Below are positions 10,361-19,010 of a stretch of DNA of 64,000 nucleotides, piece by piece. The position numbers and the translations under genes are program-made. This stretch comes from Alphaproteobacteria bacterium (GTDB lineage: Bacteria > Pseudomonadota > Alphaproteobacteria > JAQWUY01). The stretch's first letter is position 1; each line of letters begins with the position of its first letter. Below the pieces are notes generated by a model. That model was not told where the DNA came from. It did no database searches and saw only the letters and a list, made by a program, of their open reading frames with translations. The stretch spans positions 226,948 through 290,947 of the forward strand of contig JAQWUY010000031.1 of NCBI GenBank assembly GCA_029250225.1, given 5' to 3'.

Positions 10361-10989
10361 TGAATGAAATTGGTATAAACACAGCTGATATAATTATCTT
10401 AGCAATTATTTTACTTTCTGGAATATTATCTTTTCAAAAAGGATTAATACAAGAAATAATGCGTATATCCTCTTGGATTGGGGCTGTTGTAGTTGCTTTG
10501 TACAGTTACGACCCAATATTACCGTATGTCAAAGAATATGTAGATATGGAAATTGGAGCATCAGCAATAACCGGTGCATCTAGTTTTATATTATCATTAA
10601 TAGTATTTTATATAATATCGCATTTTATATCAGGTATTGTAAAATATAGTTTAATTGGTTCTTTAAACAAATCGCTTGGTTTTATATTTGGTATGATACG
10701 AGGTGCTGTAATTTGCTCAATATTATATATTTCAATTATATATTTATATGATGGTAAAAAAATTGATGCATTTGAAAATGCGAAAACAAAAAATATAATT
10801 GAATATACATCCAAGATTATTATTTTATCCCTGCCTGAAAACTTTGAAAATAAAGTTAATGGCACAGTTAAAATTATAAAAAATAATATTAATGATTTAG
10901 AGAAATTAAATGGAACATATAACAATCTAAATCAACAAAAAACAAACCAAGATGATATCGGTGATTTAATTGACTATACCATTGATTAA
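10360..10989 (+). CDS. cvpA: CvpA (colicin V production) family membrane protein
   Basis: Four hydrophobic segments, GLIQEI and LNKSLGFIFGMIRG motifs; follows radA. Confidence 0.9.
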   Translation: MNEIGINTADIIILAIILLSGILSFQKGLIQEIMRISSWIGAVVVALYSYDPILPYVKEYVDMEIGASAITGASSFILSLIVFYIISHFISGIVKYSLIGSLNKSLGFIFGMIRGAVICSILYISIIYLYDGKKIDAFENAKTKNIIEYTSKIIILSLPENFENKVNGTVKIIKNNINDLEKLNGTYNNLNQQKTNQDDIGDLIDYTID

Positions 10990-10999
10990 AATATAAAAC

Positions 11000-12397
11000 C
11001 TATTTTCGCTTTCCAATAGCTTTTTTATTTCTTAGGTGTTCATAAGGGTTTTCGCTCTTTCGCATTAAGATACGAATAGGAATACCTTTTAAATCAAAAT
11101 CTTCACGCATTCCCTGCGCCAAATAACGAATATAGCTTTCTGGCATTTCATCAGGCAAACTAACATTTAAATAAAATGTTGGTGGACGAGTTTTTATTTG
11201 GCTAATAAATTTAACTTTAATTCGTCTACCGCTTGCCATTGGTGGTGGGTGTTGCTCTGTTTTATACCTTAACCAATCATTAAGTTTTGATGTAGATATA
11301 CGAATATTCCAAGTATCAAAAATATTAAAAGCACTATCGATTAATTTTTCAATATTTTTTCCATTAAGGGCTGATAATGTAACAATTGGCACCCCCCTTA
11401 CTTGATTTAAAGATGCTTCAATTCTATTTCTTAGTTCATTTAATGTTTTTTCTTTGTCTTCGACTTTATCCCATTTATTCGCCCCTATTACTAAGGCTCT
11501 ACCTTCATTAATAACGGTTGATGCGATTGATAAATCTTGTTTTTCTATGCCTTGTTCCATATCCAACATTAATATCACAACCTGAGCAAATTTTATCGCA
11601 CGGATACTATCAGCTGATGCTAATTTTTCAATTTTCTCGTTTATTTTACCACGGCGTCGTAAACCCGCTGTATCAAAAATTTTAACTTTTTTACCGTAAT
11701 GCTCAAAATCACTAGATATACTATCTCTGGTAATACCGGCTTCTTGCCCTGTTAACATTCTTTCTTCACCAAGACAAGAATTTACCAAAGTAGATTTACC
11801 CGCATTAGGACGGCCAACTATGGCAAGTTGCAATGGTCTTTTCTTTACAATCTCATCATCTTTTTCGTGTCCTGTATCAATAAATTCTTCTTGTGCAGGT
11901 TCTTCAAAATAATATTGTTTTAAGGCATCGTATAAGTCACCCATACCTTCGCCGTGTTCCGCAGATATAGAAATAACTTCACCTAATCCCAATCCGTAAG
12001 CTTCACCAATACCGAATATTGAGCTTTGTTTTTCGCATTTATTTGCAACTAATATAATTGGTTTATTGGTTTTTCTAAGGAAGAGTGAAAAATGTTCGTC
12101 CATAGGCACAACCCCTTCGCGACCATCAATCATCATTACACATACATCGGATTGTTGGATTGCGGTTTCGGTTTGAAGGCGCATTCTACCTTCTAGGGAA
12201 TCATCGAATGATTCTTCTAGGCCGGCTGTATCAATTAGTTTAAATTTTAAATCGGCAATTTTTCCCATACCTTCACGGCGATCACGCGTAACCCCAGGCG
12301 TATCGTCAACGATAGCTAGTTTTTTACCGACTAAGCGGTTAAATAAAGTAGATTTACCTACATTAGGTCTACCTACAAGGGATACTGTAAATGTCAT
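11000..12397 (-). CDS. der: Ribosome biogenesis GTPase Der (EngA)
   Basis: Two G domains (GRPNVGKS, GRPNAGKS), DTAG and NKxD/E motifs, KH-like C-terminus. Confidence 0.98.
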   Translation of the reverse strand: MTFTVSLVGRPNVGKSTLFNRLVGKKLAIVDDTPGVTRDRREGMGKIADLKFKLIDTAGLEESFDDSLEGRMRLQTETAIQQSDVCVMMIDGREGVVPMDEHFSLFLRKTNKPIILVANKCEKQSSIFGIGEAYGLGLGEVISISAEHGEGMGDLYDALKQYYFEEPAQEEFIDTGHEKDDEIVKKRPLQLAIVGRPNAGKSTLVNSCLGEERMLTGQEAGITRDSISSDFEHYGKKVKIFDTAGLRRRGKINEKIEKLASADSIRAIKFAQVVILMLDMEQGIEKQDLSIASTVINEGRALVIGANKWDKVEDKEKTLNELRNRIEASLNQVRGVPIVTLSALNGKNIEKLIDSAFNIFDTWNIRISTSKLNDWLRYKTEQHPPPMASGRRIKVKFISQIKTRPPTFYLNVSLPDEMPESYIRYLAQGMREDFDLKGIPIRILMRKSENPYEHLRNKKAIGKRK

Positions 12398-13629
12398 TAT
12401 CTGTATACTTTCAAATTACCGTCATCTTGCAACATATACACAAGATTTCTTTTTTTAACAATTTTTAAATTACTATTTTTTGTATTATGTAAGGCAATTG
12501 TGTTGCCGTTGTCAATGCTTAATAATTGTATTTTGCCTGTTGATGAAAATAAAACAAGCTTTCCGTTGTGTAAAATCATATTATTCCAAGTAGTTTGAAC
12601 ACTGTTATATGATCGTTGTAATTGCATAGTCCAATAGACAAAACCATCATTTTTATCAATAGCCCATACTTTTGAATTAACATCTAGAATGAATATTATA
12701 TCGCCTGTAACTACTGTATTTACCTCGCTTGATATATTTTTACGCATTTTAACAAAACCTGTCTTGGAGTTTATAGAATAAAAACCTTTGCTACTTGATA
12801 TTACATAAATATTTTCATTGTCGATAGTTATAGGAGAAATAAATGAAGATTTATCAACAACACTATCAAAACTTAAATTATTCGTAAGTTTACTAGACCA
12901 ATGCTGTTTTCCATTGCTTGCATTGATTGCAAACAAATTACCATTTGAATACAAAATATAAGCTATATTTTTATCAATTATTACTTTTGCTACTTCCAAA
13001 TAACTAGTTTCAATTTCAAAATTTGGTGAGTGTTCCCAAACTATTTTTCCATTTTGTGAATTAATAGAAACAGTTTTACCGCCAACTAATTGAAATATTA
13101 AATTATTTAAATATACAGATGGCTTAGAATTAATGTTATTGCCTAAATCAATTTCCCATAAAACATTTCCATTTTTAATATCTAGGCCGTAAGTAATCCC
13201 GTTATTGCCGAAAACGATTACTACTTTATCAACAATTTTTAAATATCCGCGAAATAAAGGAGATTCTGATAATTCAATTTTATTCTGCCACATCTTTTTA
13301 TTATACAAAATATTATACGAATATATTTCACCAGATGTGTTTAAATAAAAAACAGTTTCATTCAAAATATCAAATTCAGCAATCTTAGTATCAAACTTAT
13401 TAATATCGCCTAATTTTAACTTAATAAAATCAACTTTTTCTAGGTCTACATTGCGAATAGAAGAACCAAGTTTATTAACCGGAATACCTAACCCGTTAAT
13501 ATTGGGTTTATTTAGATTATTAGTACCTGTATCTTTTGTAATATCAAAACTTTCATTACCAGCACAAGCTGTAATAAAAATAGTGATAAATAAGATATTT
13601 GCAAATTTAAATACATTATTTACGAGCAT
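12397..13629 (-). CDS. bamB: BamB-like PQQ-repeat beta-propeller lipoprotein
   Basis: Lipobox-like ITAC, repeated xxNG...W propeller motifs, yfgM-bamB-der order. Confidence 0.82.
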   Translation of the reverse strand: MLVNNVFKFANILFITIFITACAGNESFDITKDTGTNNLNKPNINGLGIPVNKLGSSIRNVDLEKVDFIKLKLGDINKFDTKIAEFDILNETVFYLNTSGEIYSYNILYNKKMWQNKIELSESPLFRGYLKIVDKVVIVFGNNGITYGLDIKNGNVLWEIDLGNNINSKPSVYLNNLIFQLVGGKTVSINSQNGKIVWEHSPNFEIETSYLEVAKVIIDKNIAYILYSNGNLFAINASNGKQHWSSKLTNNLSFDSVVDKSSFISPITIDNENIYVISSSKGFYSINSKTGFVKMRKNISSEVNTVVTGDIIFILDVNSKVWAIDKNDGFVYWTMQLQRSYNSVQTTWNNMILHNGKLVLFSSTGKIQLLSIDNGNTIALHNTKNSNLKIVKKRNLVYMLQDDGNLKVYR

Positions 13630-13645
13630 ATAATTTATTAACTTA

Positions 13646-14257
13646 TTATTTTACTAATACACTTAACATATTATCAACAATTTCTCTATTTGATGGATTT
13701 ATTGATATGTTATTTTTCAATTCCTGCAAGATTTTAATAGCTTCATTATTTTTGTTATTTTGCAATAGAACTTCAACTCCTGTTAATTGTGCAATGACTT
13801 TAAACTGTGGAGAATTTATTGTATTTAAACGCATTAATAATTCACCTGAATTCACTTGCTCTATACCAACCCAAACCGAAGCCAAAACAGCATATTCTTT
13901 TTGAGGAGATGAAGCATTTTTCGAATATGTATATAATATATTTGATGCTTCCAAAACATTAGTTAAAGAAACTTGTTTAGCTTTTTCAACAACAGCTATA
14001 AATTGCGAACCTTGTTCACCTTGTGCAATTAATTCATCTAATAGATTAACATTTCCATTAGCAAGATAACTTTCAAAGATTTCCGATTCTTGATTGATTT
14101 TATTAATCTTGTATTTATCGAAACCAACAAGAACAGCCGTTCCAGCTATAATAAAAATTATAAACGCCATAACATAAAAACGATATTTGTTCCAAAACAA
14201 GATTAATTTTTCATCTTGTATATCTTGATTAACTTCATCAATAAATTGTTTCGTCAT
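13646..14257 (-). CDS. yfgM: YfgM-like TPR membrane chaperone
   Basis: FIDEVNQDI...W N-terminus plus a single TM segment; conserved position upstream of bamB. Confidence 0.75.
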   Translation of the reverse strand: MTKQFIDEVNQDIQDEKLILFWNKYRFYVMAFIIFIIAGTAVLVGFDKYKINKINQESEIFESYLANGNVNLLDELIAQGEQGSQFIAVVEKAKQVSLTNVLEASNILYTYSKNASSPQKEYAVLASVWVGIEQVNSGELLMRLNTINSPQFKVIAQLTGVEVLLQNNKNNEAIKILQELKNNISINPSNREIVDNMLSVLVK

Positions 14258-14347
14258 AATAATATCCTTACTTATTTATTAGCCTTGTTATAAGAAATAT
14301 ACAATAAAAAGTTTAAAAAACCAATACTCTTTATTTTATAATGCTTA

Positions 14348-14390
14348 GAATCATATTTTCCTTGATTCGATTCTGTTTATCTTATATATT
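14348..14390 (+). promoter_or_regulatory. Putative gcrA sigma70 promoter with three GANTC (CcrM) sites
   Basis: TTGATT (14362) N17 TATATT (14385); GAATC at 14348, GATTC at 14364 and 14369. Confidence 0.55.
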
Positions 14391-14437
14391 AATCATTAAT
14401 ATTAAATTACTTTTTAAAAGAATAAGGAATTATCAAA

Positions 14438-14836
14438 ATGACCTTTAAATGGACAGACGAAAATGTTCAAAAACTAAAAAAGATGTTAGCAAATGGCAAA
14501 TCAGCTAGGGAAATAGCCGAAGAACTTGGTGGAATATCAAGAAACTCTGTTATAGGTAAAGCACATAGACTTGGTATTTCAGCACAAAATGAAAAGAAAA
14601 AAGCCAAGACAGCTTCTCCGAGCAAAGAGGTTAAGAAAAAAGCTGAGAGCAATGTAAAGCCAATTAAACAAGTGATTCATATATCACAAGCAACCCCGAG
14701 GTCTTCTGAAAATAGTTGTCAGTGGCCGATTGGTGATCCAGGCACATCTGAATTTAAATTTTGTTATGAGCCTGCCAAACCAGGCAGACCATATTGTAAT
14801 GAACATTGTAATATTGCATATCGTAAAATAAAATAA
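14438..14836 (+). CDS. gcrA: Cell-cycle regulator GcrA family protein
   Basis: WTDENVQKL...SAREIAEELGGISRNSVIGKAHRLG HTH; CQWPIGDP...FC...PYCNEH C-terminal domain. Confidence 0.93.
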   Translation: MTFKWTDENVQKLKKMLANGKSAREIAEELGGISRNSVIGKAHRLGISAQNEKKKAKTASPSKEVKKKAESNVKPIKQVIHISQATPRSSENSCQWPIGDPGTSEFKFCYEPAKPGRPYCNEHCNIAYRKIK

Positions 14837-14851
14837 TAAATTGAGTGAACA

Positions 14852-15808
14852 ATGCCTGCCACAAACAAAACAAGGGTGGCAAAGGTTTTAAGTAACGCTC
14901 CACCTGCTTATGCTGTAATAGATTTAGGGACTAATTCTTGTCGCCTATTAATCGCTAGGTACATTAATGATAAAATAAGTATCATTGATTCCCTTTCTGA
15001 TTCAATTTCTTTGGGTAAAGGAATTAATGAAACACAAGAAATAAATGAACAAGCAAAACAAAGAGCGATTAATTGTTTAATAAAAATCAAGAATAAGATT
15101 GCTAAGCACAATATTGTTGCAATATCAGCGGTTGCAACTGAAACCTGCCGTCGTGCAAAAAACGGACAAGCAATTATTGATGAAATATATCAAAAAACAG
15201 GAATTGAATTTAAAATCATAGATACAAAAGAAGAATCTGAACTAGCTGTGGCTGGTTGCTATGACTTGTGCAATGGAGAAACAAATTTAGTTTTTGATAT
15301 CGGTGGTGGTTCTACACAAATTATGTTAGTAAAAAATAATGATATAAGTGATTATATATCGATACCTTATGGAGTTTTAACACTAACTGAAAAAATAAAT
15401 AAAACATATGTTAGTGAGCAAGAATTTGTAAAATACCAAGAATATATAAAATCATATCTAAATAAACTTCCATATGAAAATATTAGTGATATAAATGTTG
15501 TTGGAACATCAGGCACTATCACTACTATTGCCAGTACACATTTGAAATTAAATACATACAAAAGAAATTTAATTGATGGTATTAAGATAGAACAAAGTGA
15601 AATAATGAACCTTGCAAAGAAAATAGCTAAAATGCAAGAAAAGGAAAGAGTAAAAATACCAAGTATAAATCAAAAATATTCAAAATTAATGATGGCAGGT
15701 TGTATAATTTTATATAGTATATGTGAAAAATTTGAAGCAAAATATATAAATGTAGCCGATCGTGGTATCCGTGAAGGTATGTTAAAAAGGTTGATAAAAA
15801 ATGACTAA
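14852..15808 (+). CDS. ppx: Ppx/GppA family phosphatase (short form)
   Basis: IDLGTNSCRL, ATETCR, DIGGGSTQ, GIREG. Confidence 0.92.
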   Translation: MPATNKTRVAKVLSNAPPAYAVIDLGTNSCRLLIARYINDKISIIDSLSDSISLGKGINETQEINEQAKQRAINCLIKIKNKIAKHNIVAISAVATETCRRAKNGQAIIDEIYQKTGIEFKIIDTKEESELAVAGCYDLCNGETNLVFDIGGGSTQIMLVKNNDISDYISIPYGVLTLTEKINKTYVSEQEFVKYQEYIKSYLNKLPYENISDINVVGTSGTITTIASTHLKLNTYKRNLIDGIKIEQSEIMNLAKKIAKMQEKERVKIPSINQKYSKLMMAGCIILYSICEKFEAKYINVADRGIREGMLKRLIKND

Positions 15809-16502
15809 AAAATCAAAAGGTAAAGTATCAGATCGCAGATACAAAACCGTGCGTGTTAAAACAGCAAGGAAAAGAGCTAACAGCTCGACCCGTTGGCTTG
15901 AAAGGCAATTAAATGATCCATATGTAATGGAGGCAAAAAGATTAGGGTTGCGTAGTCGTGCCGCTTTTAAAATGCAAGATATACAAAATAAATATCAAAT
16001 AATCAAACAAGGTCATAAAATTGTTGATTTAGGTTGCGCACCTGGCGGATGGATGCAAGTCGCATTAGAAATTATGAATAACAAGGGAAGTGTTGTAGGA
16101 ATCGATTTATTGGAAGTAGAGCCAATAAACGGAGCAACAATTTTACAAGGTGATTTTACAGATGACGATGCACCAGAAAAAATTAAGCAAGTTTTAAACG
16201 GCAAGGCTAACGGAGTCTTATCAGATATGGCTTCTAATACCACAGGGCATAAACAAACCGACCACCTTAGAATAATTGCCCTTGTTGAAATGGCTTTATA
16301 CTTTGCACTAGAAATACTGGAAAAAGACGGTTATTTTGTTGCAAAAGTTTTTTCTGGTGGAACAGAAAACAATATTTTAAGAATATTAAAAAAACACTTT
16401 ACTAAGGTATTTCATTACAAACCTCCATCATCACGCAAGGATTCGCCTGAAATGTATGTAGTTGCAATAAAATACAAAGATAATTTTGACGGGAACTTTT
16501 AA
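15801..16502 (+). CDS. rlmE: 23S rRNA Um2552 methyltransferase
   Basis: WLERQLNDPYV, RSRAAFK, DLGCAPGGW, SDMA, KPPSSRKDSPE. Confidence 0.97.
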   Translation: MTKKSKGKVSDRRYKTVRVKTARKRANSSTRWLERQLNDPYVMEAKRLGLRSRAAFKMQDIQNKYQIIKQGHKIVDLGCAPGGWMQVALEIMNNKGSVVGIDLLEVEPINGATILQGDFTDDDAPEKIKQVLNGKANGVLSDMASNTTGHKQTDHLRIIALVEMALYFALEILEKDGYFVAKVFSGGTENNILRILKKHFTKVFHYKPPSSRKDSPEMYVVAIKYKDNFDGNF

Positions 16503-16505
16503 AAA

Positions 16506-17819
16506 ATGAAACCAACTTCTCTTACCACTGCTATTATTGAAATTCTAGATAGCATCAACAATAGTAAAATACCTGCCGATAGAATAATTTCTTTTTGGAA
16601 TAAAAATAATCGTTATGCCGGCTCAAAGGATAAATCTTTTATAACAGAAAGTATTTACAATATTTTACGAAATAAAGGACAAATTGAGTGGTGGGTTAAA
16701 TACCTAGACTGCAATATAAGCGCGCGTACAATTATTATTTGTTATTATCATTTTACAAACCAAGATGTGAAAAATATGTTTAATGATTCAAAAAATAAAT
16801 ATGCACCCTGCCCTATATCAAGCAAAGAGCTTAAATTTATAGAAAAATTACAAAAATATAATTCTATAAATCATAAAGAAATGCCGATTCACGATAAATT
16901 AAATATCAGTGAATATTTATATAATAAGTTTTTTGAATTTTATGCTGAACAAACACCACAAGTATTATCAGCACTAAACACAGAGGCAAACATTGATATC
17001 AGGGTTAACAATTTAAAATCAGATACTGAACAAGTAGCAAAAGAACTAGAAGAACAAGGCATAGAAACAACAAAGCTACCTATTTTATCAAATGGATTAA
17101 GATTAAATAAAAGATTTGCTTTATCATCATTAAAAACATTCAAGAACGGTTTTTTTGAAATACAAGATTGTGGCTCACAAATAGTAAGTAAATTAATAAA
17201 TGCAAAAAAAGGTGATAAAATAGTTGATTTTTGTGCTGGTGCTGGTGGGAAAACACTAGCGATGGCCGATGATATGAAAAACACAGGTCGTATTATATAT
17301 TGTGATGTATCAGAAAAACGCCTTGACCGTGCAAGTATCCGTCTTCGTCGCGGTGGAGTAAATAATGCAGAAAAAAGACTATTGTCATCAGAAAAAGATA
17401 AATGGATAAAGCGAAGAAATGAACGATTTAGCGGTGGTTTCGATAAAGTTGTGGTTGATGCACCTTGCTCTGGAACCGGCACTTGGAGGCGAAACCCTGA
17501 TCAGAAATGGCGTACAGACGAACAAACTATTAATGAATTATGTGTTTTACAAGAAAGTATTTTAAAATCTTCGTCTCGCCTTGTGCGTCCTGGTGGAAAA
17601 TTAATCTATATAACTTGTTCATTATTAAAGGACGAGAACGAAAGCCAAGTTGATAAATTCCTTGATAATAACAAAGATTTCCATTTATGCGATATTAACA
17701 ATACTTGGTTTGATACATTTGAACAAAAAAATATTAGTGATGATAAAACTCTAAGAATAACAGCGCACCAAAATAACAGCGATGGTTTTTTTATGGCTAT
17801 ATTAGAACGCCGTATTTAA
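16506..17819 (+). CDS. RsmB/NOL1/NOP2 family RNA m5C methyltransferase
   Basis: DFCAGAGGKT, DAPCSGTGTWRRNPD, YITCS, DGFF. Confidence 0.93.
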   Translation: MKPTSLTTAIIEILDSINNSKIPADRIISFWNKNNRYAGSKDKSFITESIYNILRNKGQIEWWVKYLDCNISARTIIICYYHFTNQDVKNMFNDSKNKYAPCPISSKELKFIEKLQKYNSINHKEMPIHDKLNISEYLYNKFFEFYAEQTPQVLSALNTEANIDIRVNNLKSDTEQVAKELEEQGIETTKLPILSNGLRLNKRFALSSLKTFKNGFFEIQDCGSQIVSKLINAKKGDKIVDFCAGAGGKTLAMADDMKNTGRIIYCDVSEKRLDRASIRLRRGGVNNAEKRLLSSEKDKWIKRRNERFSGGFDKVVVDAPCSGTGTWRRNPDQKWRTDEQTINELCVLQESILKSSSRLVRPGGKLIYITCSLLKDENESQVDKFLDNNKDFHLCDINNTWFDTFEQKNISDDKTLRITAHQNNSDGFFMAILERRI

Positions 17820-17840
17820 ATATATAAATAATATTTAATT

Positions 17841-17877
17841 CCCCCCCTTATAATTATTTATTAGGGGGTGTTTTTTT
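17841..17877 (+). terminator. Intrinsic terminator after the rsmB-like gene
   Basis: C-run/G-run stem followed by T7. Confidence 0.65.
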
Positions 17878-17945
17878 ATAAAAATGTTTAAAAAAAAATT
17901 ATATTGTGCTAGTCTAAATTAATAATTCTAGGGTAAAATATAGTT

Positions 17946-19004
17946 ATGAAAAAATTAACAAATAAAATATTAAAAAATCAAAATATCTTAACAGCAACTA
18001 TAATATTAATTATTATCATCATTTGGATGTTATCCGGCATATTATTCAATAAAAATGATAAATATAAACCGTTTAAAAAATTATCTAATGTAAAAATTAA
18101 AGTTGAAAGTATAATCGTACAAAAATTTAGCCCAACGATATCTATACCCGCCAAGATAGAATCAGAACAAAGTATACTTATAAAATCACAAGTTGCGGGT
18201 AATATTGCTAATATAAATGTTAAATCGGGTGAAATGGTAAGATCTGGGCAACTACTATTAATAATTGATGGAAATGCAATACGAGCAAAATTGAAACAAG
18301 CTCATATAAATTATAATGAATCTTTAATCCAATACCAAGCTAACAAAAAATTATATAGTAAAAAACTAATTTCAGAGGCAGGTTTTGAAAAAATAAGATT
18401 AAAACTAGCTAGTGCAAAAGCTGATTTAGAAAGTGTTAAAAATGAATACAATAAACACTACATCAAATCACCTTTTTCAGGTCAAGTAGGTATTGTTAGA
18501 GTAAAAAAAGACGAGATAATTAACCGAAACCAAGAAATTATTGATGTGGAAAATAAATCACAATATAAAATTGTTGGATATGTTTCTATAAGGCAAAAAG
18601 CAAAAATAAAAGAAGGTAACAAATTTCACTTTTATATAGGTAACGAAAAACACTTTGGAACAATTACAGCAATTTCTTCTACACCAGAACAAGTTGTTAA
18701 AACATACCGTGTTGAAGGAAAAATTGATAAAGATGAGTTTGTTGCTGGTCAACCAGTTAAAATGACAATAAGTCTTGATAAAGTAAATGCTCATTTTATA
18801 CCATCATCTTTATTTAATATTAATGATAACGGTGATTTATCAATAAAAATCCTAAATGAAAATAACAAAGTAATACTAAAACAAGTTGATATAATAGAAG
18901 AAACTTCAAATGGTTCTTGGGTTGTTGGACTTGATAGAATAACTAAAATACTAACAGATGGTGCCGGATTTGCAAAAATAGGTAGCTCTATTGTGGAAAA
19001 ATAA
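17946..19004 (+). CDS. RND efflux periplasmic adaptor (membrane fusion protein)
   Basis: N-terminal TM, lipoyl half-motifs (QVAGNI...VKSGEMV; IKSPFSG), coiled hairpin; directly upstream of the RND permease. Confidence 0.9.
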   Translation: MKKLTNKILKNQNILTATIILIIIIIWMLSGILFNKNDKYKPFKKLSNVKIKVESIIVQKFSPTISIPAKIESEQSILIKSQVAGNIANINVKSGEMVRSGQLLLIIDGNAIRAKLKQAHINYNESLIQYQANKKLYSKKLISEAGFEKIRLKLASAKADLESVKNEYNKHYIKSPFSGQVGIVRVKKDEIINRNQEIIDVENKSQYKIVGYVSIRQKAKIKEGNKFHFYIGNEKHFGTITAISSTPEQVVKTYRVEGKIDKDEFVAGQPVKMTISLDKVNAHFIPSSLFNINDNGDLSIKILNENNKVILKQVDIIEETSNGSWVVGLDRITKILTDGAGFAKIGSSIVEK

Positions 19005-19010
19005 AAAACA

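Noticed and set aside
14389-14410. CtrA TTAA-N7-TTAA sites near gcrA
   Set aside because: Only partial matches, and TTAA is too frequent at this AT content to be informative.
16940-17482. 180-aa antisense ORF in the rsmB-like gene, and the many similar short overlapping ORFs in the track
   Set aside because: All lie within conserved genes and show no recognisable domains.
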